A stretch of DNA of 64,000 bases, taken from IMG/VR virus record IMGVR_UViG_3300020156_000001, positions 362,321-426,320 of that record; one strand, given 5' to 3'. Under the pieces are notes generated by a model. The model searched no databases and was not told the origin of the DNA. It worked only from the letters and a program-made list of their open reading frames with translations. Positions within the stretch are counted from its first letter, which is position 1, and every line of letters starts with the position of its first letter. Shown one piece after another: positions 59,453-64,000 of this stretch. Origin of the DNA: a virus (taxonomy: Duplodnaviria; Heunggongvirae; Uroviricota; Caudoviricetes). Both the position numbers and the translations under genes were made by a program.

Positions 59453-60514
59453 CTACTTGATATAGCCGTGGAGCTTGGCGAACTCATAAAATTCTCTGCT
59501 CGCTACGTTCTTACCCTTGGCTTCCACTTCGATATCCATAAACTCAAAGTGCGTGCAAGCCCACTCCAACAGGGCTTCGTTCCACATGCCATAGCTATGG
59601 GCACGAAGTGTGCTAGATGAGATGCCCTTGATCGCGGTAAGCGTGGTATAATCGGGCTTCATGTGTGGGTTTAGAAGAGCCGCAGGAATAACGTCGGGCG
59701 ATGGCATACTAAAATGACCAAGCGGACGTTGCCCATTCCACGAGACGTTGATCGCAAAAGCTTCATGCGTATACGCGCTAAAGTATTTGCCCTTGCTGGA
59801 AACCCACTCATGATGGATATCTAAAACAATTGCAACATCCTGATATGTGCCGGTATCAATGAAGTCTCTCACACTGCATGAGTATTCATCGTTTTCCAAC
59901 GTGATCAAGTTGCGCACGGTGTCGGAAACATCGTTCGCGATATGCTTGCGGATATTGATAAGGCCGGGATCAAGCCGAACATTTGCATGGATATTGATAG
60001 CAAAGCCAGAGGAATGCCATGTGTCGCCATAGCCCATGCACCGGGCAACATACCCGTGGTACTCAAGATCCTCGATACTTGCGGCAACCACATCTTTACG
60101 TGTGGAACAAAGGTTGGTGAACTGGCCAGGATGGCTGCACAAGCGGATACCATTTTGATCCGCATACTTGCGAATACCCTTTAGGCCCTCAACGATAAGC
60201 TCCTGCGTGGAATAGTGGTCGTATATCCACTTGTATGCGGGAACCGTATAGAGGGGCAGGAATTCGCTAGTAATACGAAACAACCGCATTTGTGCGGGTT
60301 GAGCCGCAATCCATGCGAGTTGTCGCCAAAGCGTTTCGATATTGTGGGTGACAAGCTTTTGGATCTTTTGAAATTGATCCACACTAGCAAGCGACGCAAG
60401 GTGCTTTTGCGTCGTTGTCTTTTGATTCATTTGTTCGGTGAGAACACGTGAAGCACGGGGATCAATGCCACTGGTATCGATCCACTTGCAACAGAAACCA
60501 ATCTTTTTGTCCAT
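59453..60514 (-). CDS. uvsE: UV damage endonuclease
   Basis: IGFCCK, RLCSHPGQF, INIH, TLENDE, LDIHH, AHS and EVEAKGKN motifs. Confidence 0.9.
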   Translation of the reverse strand: MDKKIGFCCKWIDTSGIDPRASRVLTEQMNQKTTTQKHLASLASVDQFQKIQKLVTHNIETLWRQLAWIAAQPAQMRLFRITSEFLPLYTVPAYKWIYDHYSTQELIVEGLKGIRKYADQNGIRLCSHPGQFTNLCSTRKDVVAASIEDLEYHGYVARCMGYGDTWHSSGFAINIHANVRLDPGLINIRKHIANDVSDTVRNLITLENDEYSCSVRDFIDTGTYQDVAIVLDIHHEWVSSKGKYFSAYTHEAFAINVSWNGQRPLGHFSMPSPDVIPAALLNPHMKPDYTTLTAIKGISSSTLRAHSYGMWNEALLEWACTHFEFMDIEVEAKGKNVASREFYEFAKLHGYIK

Positions 60515-60527
60515 ACACTATATATAG

Positions 60528-60839
60528 TTACTTAAAGAATGGATTCAACTTTCTTTTACCCAAAGCCCATTCATAATCTTGCTGGCTTGGTCTCTTTGGA
60601 TCCGGCCGGATCCAAGTACGATAGAACCGTTCAAGCACACTCTTCTTTTCCCAGAGGGCAATCTCCGCTTTTTTCCTTTCCTGCCGCCATTCAGTTTGTA
60701 GATCAGTAAGCCTTTGAATGTGTGCTTGCCGTTCTGCTTCACTTTTGAAGTGATGACTGTGTGGGACGCGAGTGTCCCGTAGGTATATCCATGGGCGGCT
60801 TGGATCGTTCTCAGGAGTAAGCCAGATGAAATCACGCAT
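60528..60839 (-). CDS. Hypothetical protein
   Basis: ATG 60839 overlaps the upstream stop. Confidence 0.5.
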   Translation of the reverse strand: MRDFIWLTPENDPSRPWIYLRDTRVPHSHHFKSEAERQAHIQRLTDLQTEWRQERKKAEIALWEKKSVLERFYRTWIRPDPKRPSQQDYEWALGKRKLNPFFK

Positions 60840-61251
60840 TGAGAACAAACTCCAAATCGTTGATGTCTGCGTAGAACCAGTAGCCGTTTGCACCAACCCA
60901 AACAACCTCAGGGTTGCGAACGTTGGTATGATCGTGATTGTGATAGTCGATCCAGCCTTGGTACACATCGTGAACGCTAAAGTAGCGAACACGTTGATTG
61001 ATGTGTGGGCCTTTTCCGCGAAGCTTGGGATGAGTGGTGCGGAAAGTTGCGCCGGCCTTGAGCCGAACCCGCATACCCGTTGGAAGGCTCTGCATACCGA
61101 AGTTACCAACTGCAACAGCCTTGGTAAGACCGTTGCGTTCCATGTAGGAAACCGCCGCCATCGCTTGTGTTTCGCCGCGATAATCGGATGCCTGTATTGC
61201 GATTTCAGTTAGTTGATCCAGCGTTACCATTGGCGACTCCTTCGTGTTCAT
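60832..61251 (-). CDS. Hypothetical protein
   Basis: Promoter TTGACA-N16-TAGTTT at 61258-61285. An AAGGAG SD precedes an internal ATG, which is probably the true start. Confidence 0.6.
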   Translation of the reverse strand: MNTKESPMVTLDQLTEIAIQASDYRGETQAMAAVSYMERNGLTKAVAVGNFGMQSLPTGMRVRLKAGATFRTTHPKLRGKGPHINQRVRYFSVHDVYQGWIDYHNHDHTNVRNPEVVWVGANGYWFYADINDLEFVLNA

Positions 61252-61302
61252 GCTGTAAAACTAACACAAACAGGAAGGATGTCAACCAACAATATTCCTG
61301 AA

Positions 61303-61668
61303 TTACCAGGACACTTTCACGTCAAGTGAAAGCTCGCTTTGTTCCTCGCGCACGTTGAGGATAAGCCGGCGATTTTCATCCTCCCACACATCGTTTTCAA
61401 ACGTGCGGATAACAACGTCGGTGCCTGAGAAGTAGTCGGCATCGGGATTAAGTTCCTTTGCCGACGGACGCTTGGTGGCCGTGCGCGTGTATGTGGTAGG
61501 ATCCGTAGCAGCGGGCCATAGCTTGAGGTTGAACACGTCAAGATCATATGTGAGGAGCAAGTTGACGTGCATATGCACGAGCATTGGATTTGCCTTGAGT
61601 TCATCAATAGCAAACGCCAAACATTCCTCGCTTGTGTGCTTCTTGCCGGGTTCAAGATCGTCAAACAT
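61303..61668 (-). CDS. Hypothetical protein
   Basis: TAATG coupling with the ligase. Confidence 0.55.
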   Translation of the reverse strand: MFDDLEPGKKHTSEECLAFAIDELKANPMLVHMHVNLLLTYDLDVFNLKLWPAATDPTTYTRTATKRPSAKELNPDADYFSGTDVVIRTFENDVWEDENRRLILNVREEQSELSLDVKVSW

Positions 61669-63692
61669 TAGCCCCAAAGCTCCTGTGCTGTGCCGAGGTC
61701 GATGATTTGAACACCGAGATCAGCAGCTTTTTTCATCTTGCTTGAGCCCGACGATGGGTCCTTGCAAACCAAGTGCGTTGTGTCCTTGTTAACGGAAGAT
61801 CCGATTGTACCAGCCTTGGAAACAATCTTCGCTTCAAGTTCCTTGTCGCGAACGCCAGTGAACACAACAACCACGCCCTTCAAATCGCCATCGCTTGGTG
61901 GAGCAACCTTCTCGGCCACAGTATAGTAACCATCGATTTCCGCAAGGAACGCATTGAGCTTGGGCAAGTTGCCGATGACCATTTCCGCTGTCTTCTTCTC
62001 AAAGCCTTCGACTTCAAGCAATTGGGACAGCGTGATATCAAAGCTGCCCAGCGCGTTGAGGATCTTTGTACATTTGCGCACGCCGATGCCGCGGCCAAGT
62101 GTTTGAGAAGCACCAGCAAGCTGCGCAAGATCCACCGGATTTAGCTTTGCGCGAAGACCTTCAAAGATCTTGCGACCAGCGGAATCACCAGCCGACGCTT
62201 TAAGTTCAGCTTCCGTTGCCTTGATGATCTTTGCTTCGGAATCAAAACCATCAGCAATCAGCTTTTCAATTGCGCCCTGACGGAGGTGAGGGATATCAAG
62301 CGTTTTGAATGCGTCGAGAATCCGATAATACCGAGCATCCGCAGAGGATTCCAGATCATCAAGGACTAGGTCCACATTACCCGCAGTGTAGGACATTTTG
62401 CCAAACACTTTCTCGTCCGGCATCTGACCAACAGTCCCAGTAACCACTTCTGTGATATATGGGATAACATCGCCTGCGCGTGTAATCTTGATCTTTGCGC
62501 CTGGGCCAACATTGTTGTCCCTGATGAACGCGGCGTTGAAACCAGTTGCGTAGGTGATGGTCACACCAGTGAGATCCACAGGCTTGATTTCCACACGCGG
62601 CTTCAAATAGCCGGCCTTGCTAACGCGCCAGTGAACACCCACAACTTCCGTTACTGCCAAATTGTCAGCGCCAGCGACCTTAAACTTCTTCGCCCAAACT
62701 GGGTTCAGTCCGCTTGATGCCTTGGGCAAACGCTTGCGAGCAGCAATGTCATCGACGTCCAATACAATGCCGTCGAGTTCATAAGCGGACTTTTCACGCC
62801 GCTCGTTCAAGTAGCTAGTGAGGAATGGATCGTTGAGATCCTTGCCTTCAACAACTTCATAGTAGTTGGTGAGGAAACCGTTCTTGCGCACGAGCTCCAG
62901 CTGTTCAGCTTTGCCCAGTTCGTCGCTTTCCACGCTTGTAATAACAATGTGGAGATTGTCGATGAACACTGGATCAGAATCCGAAGCGTTCATCTTACCC
63001 GCAACATAGTTTCGCGCGTTTTTGTATTCGCGGCCGCTTCGTGCAAGAGTTGCTGACTTAACGTTGGGCCATTCCGCAACTGGAATGATTGCTTCCGCAC
63101 GTAGCTGAAGAGGACCCTTTTCGATCTTCTTTGGAACGCACTTCAACTGCTTGATGTGCCGTGTAATGTCGGCGCCCATTGTGCCGTTGCCGCGAGAGAA
63201 TGCGCTGAGAAAGTTGCCCTTGCGATCATAGATCAGTGCAACGGAAGTGCCGTCGAGCTTGTCCGAGATCACAAAGTGTTCGTTGGTGAGCTTTTCGTTC
63301 TTGACCCACTTTTCAGTGTCGCCATCGTAAACTTGGTCCAGCGAACCCATCTTGAAGGGCAGCGGAACCTTGCCGCCGCGCACATCAGAGCCGACCTTGA
63401 TAAAGTAGGAGTTCTTGGGATCCAGCGCCCTAAGTTGCTGTTCAAGAGAATCAAACTCTGCGTCGGTGAGGATTGGTTCGAAAGGAGCGGGGCCAACTTG
63501 TTCGCCGATATACTCGTATGTTTCGAGATCGAATGTTGGCCACGGATAGTTGTCGGCCTCACTGCCCACATTATAATAGGCGTCGCTTGCAGTATCGAGA
63601 ATCATGCAAAGCGGGAGTGTCATCGACTTGGTGAGGGCAACGTTGCCCTCAATAAACGCGACCGCAACTTCGCGGATGTGTTCGGAATTCAT
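61668..63692 (-). CDS. ligA: NAD-dependent DNA ligase
   Basis: YY...D.EFD, MGSL, KLDG, SRGNG, ELDGIV, RAGDVIP, HhH repeats and a C-terminal BRCT (VVFTG). Confidence 0.92.
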   Translation of the reverse strand: MNSEHIREVAVAFIEGNVALTKSMTLPLCMILDTASDAYYNVGSEADNYPWPTFDLETYEYIGEQVGPAPFEPILTDAEFDSLEQQLRALDPKNSYFIKVGSDVRGGKVPLPFKMGSLDQVYDGDTEKWVKNEKLTNEHFVISDKLDGTSVALIYDRKGNFLSAFSRGNGTMGADITRHIKQLKCVPKKIEKGPLQLRAEAIIPVAEWPNVKSATLARSGREYKNARNYVAGKMNASDSDPVFIDNLHIVITSVESDELGKAEQLELVRKNGFLTNYYEVVEGKDLNDPFLTSYLNERREKSAYELDGIVLDVDDIAARKRLPKASSGLNPVWAKKFKVAGADNLAVTEVVGVHWRVSKAGYLKPRVEIKPVDLTGVTITYATGFNAAFIRDNNVGPGAKIKITRAGDVIPYITEVVTGTVGQMPDEKVFGKMSYTAGNVDLVLDDLESSADARYYRILDAFKTLDIPHLRQGAIEKLIADGFDSEAKIIKATEAELKASAGDSAGRKIFEGLRAKLNPVDLAQLAGASQTLGRGIGVRKCTKILNALGSFDITLSQLLEVEGFEKKTAEMVIGNLPKLNAFLAEIDGYYTVAEKVAPPSDGDLKGVVVVFTGVRDKELEAKIVSKAGTIGSSVNKDTTHLVCKDPSSGSSKMKKAADLGVQIIDLGTAQELWG

Positions 63693-63719
63693 AACGATCT
63701 CCTATTGGAACTGTTACCA

Positions 63720-63747
63720 GTTATAGCACAAAAGGAATACCTGTCAA
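63720..63747 (-). promoter_or_regulatory. Sigma70-type promoter for the ligase
   Basis: TTGACA-N16-TATAAC, with GC preceding the -10. Confidence 0.55.
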
Positions 63748-63993
63748 CTCCGAAAGGGTTTTGGCGATCACATCCATTGGAAGGTCGTCTTGCAGTTTTT
63801 TCAATAGGATTCTGCGGTAAAAATGATTCCATTCCGCAGCATTGGCTTCTGCCGCTGCATCCAAAATAAGCTCACGTGCCTTAGATGGATCCATATCAAC
63901 TTGAGTAACTTGGTCATATAGGTTTATGAAGTCTTGAAATGAAAACGAGCCAGGTGCGTCATCTTCAACATCAAAGTGTGCGACTTTATCCAC
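63721..63993 (-). CDS. Hypothetical protein (may extend beyond the window)
   Basis: The ORF reaches the window edge; EWNHFYRRILLKKL. Confidence 0.5.
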   Translation of the reverse strand: MDKVAHFDVEDDAPGSFSFQDFINLYDQVTQVDMDPSKARELILDAAAEANAAEWNHFYRRILLKKLQDDLPMDVIAKTLSELTGIPFVL

Positions 63994-64000
63994 AACAACC

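Overview
This 64 kb window is a segment of a large tailed dsDNA phage genome, most likely a jumbo myovirus distantly related to T4. An alphaproteobacterial host is inferred from the CysRS sequence and promoter style. The + strand carries virion genes: a 5'-truncated >2490-aa structural protein, tail-fibre-like proteins, a collagen-like fibre and an Asp-box protein. It also carries a tightly coupled 11-gene operon (10169-18587) encoding a JmjC/cupin oxygenase, four radical SAM enzymes with SPASM-like Cys tails, and a 318-aa protein ending in CHTS-CHAS-CHGS-RGRR. This operon is the best candidate for an undescribed system: a phage-encoded, RiPP-like post-translational modification pathway. The - strand carries early/middle genes: HNH nuclease, Pnkp, Pth2, protein phosphatase, CysRS, ATP-grasp, RNA ligase, a MoxR AAA with two VWA-peptidases, glutaredoxin, RNase H, 7-deazaguanine genes (queE, folE, queD-like, glycosyltransferase), sliding clamp, family B DNA polymerase, UvsE and NAD-dependent ligase. 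The Pth2 gene has an in-frame amber codon at codon 5. No tRNA, rRNA or CRISPR array was recognised. All assignments come from motif recognition by eye; no database searches were run.
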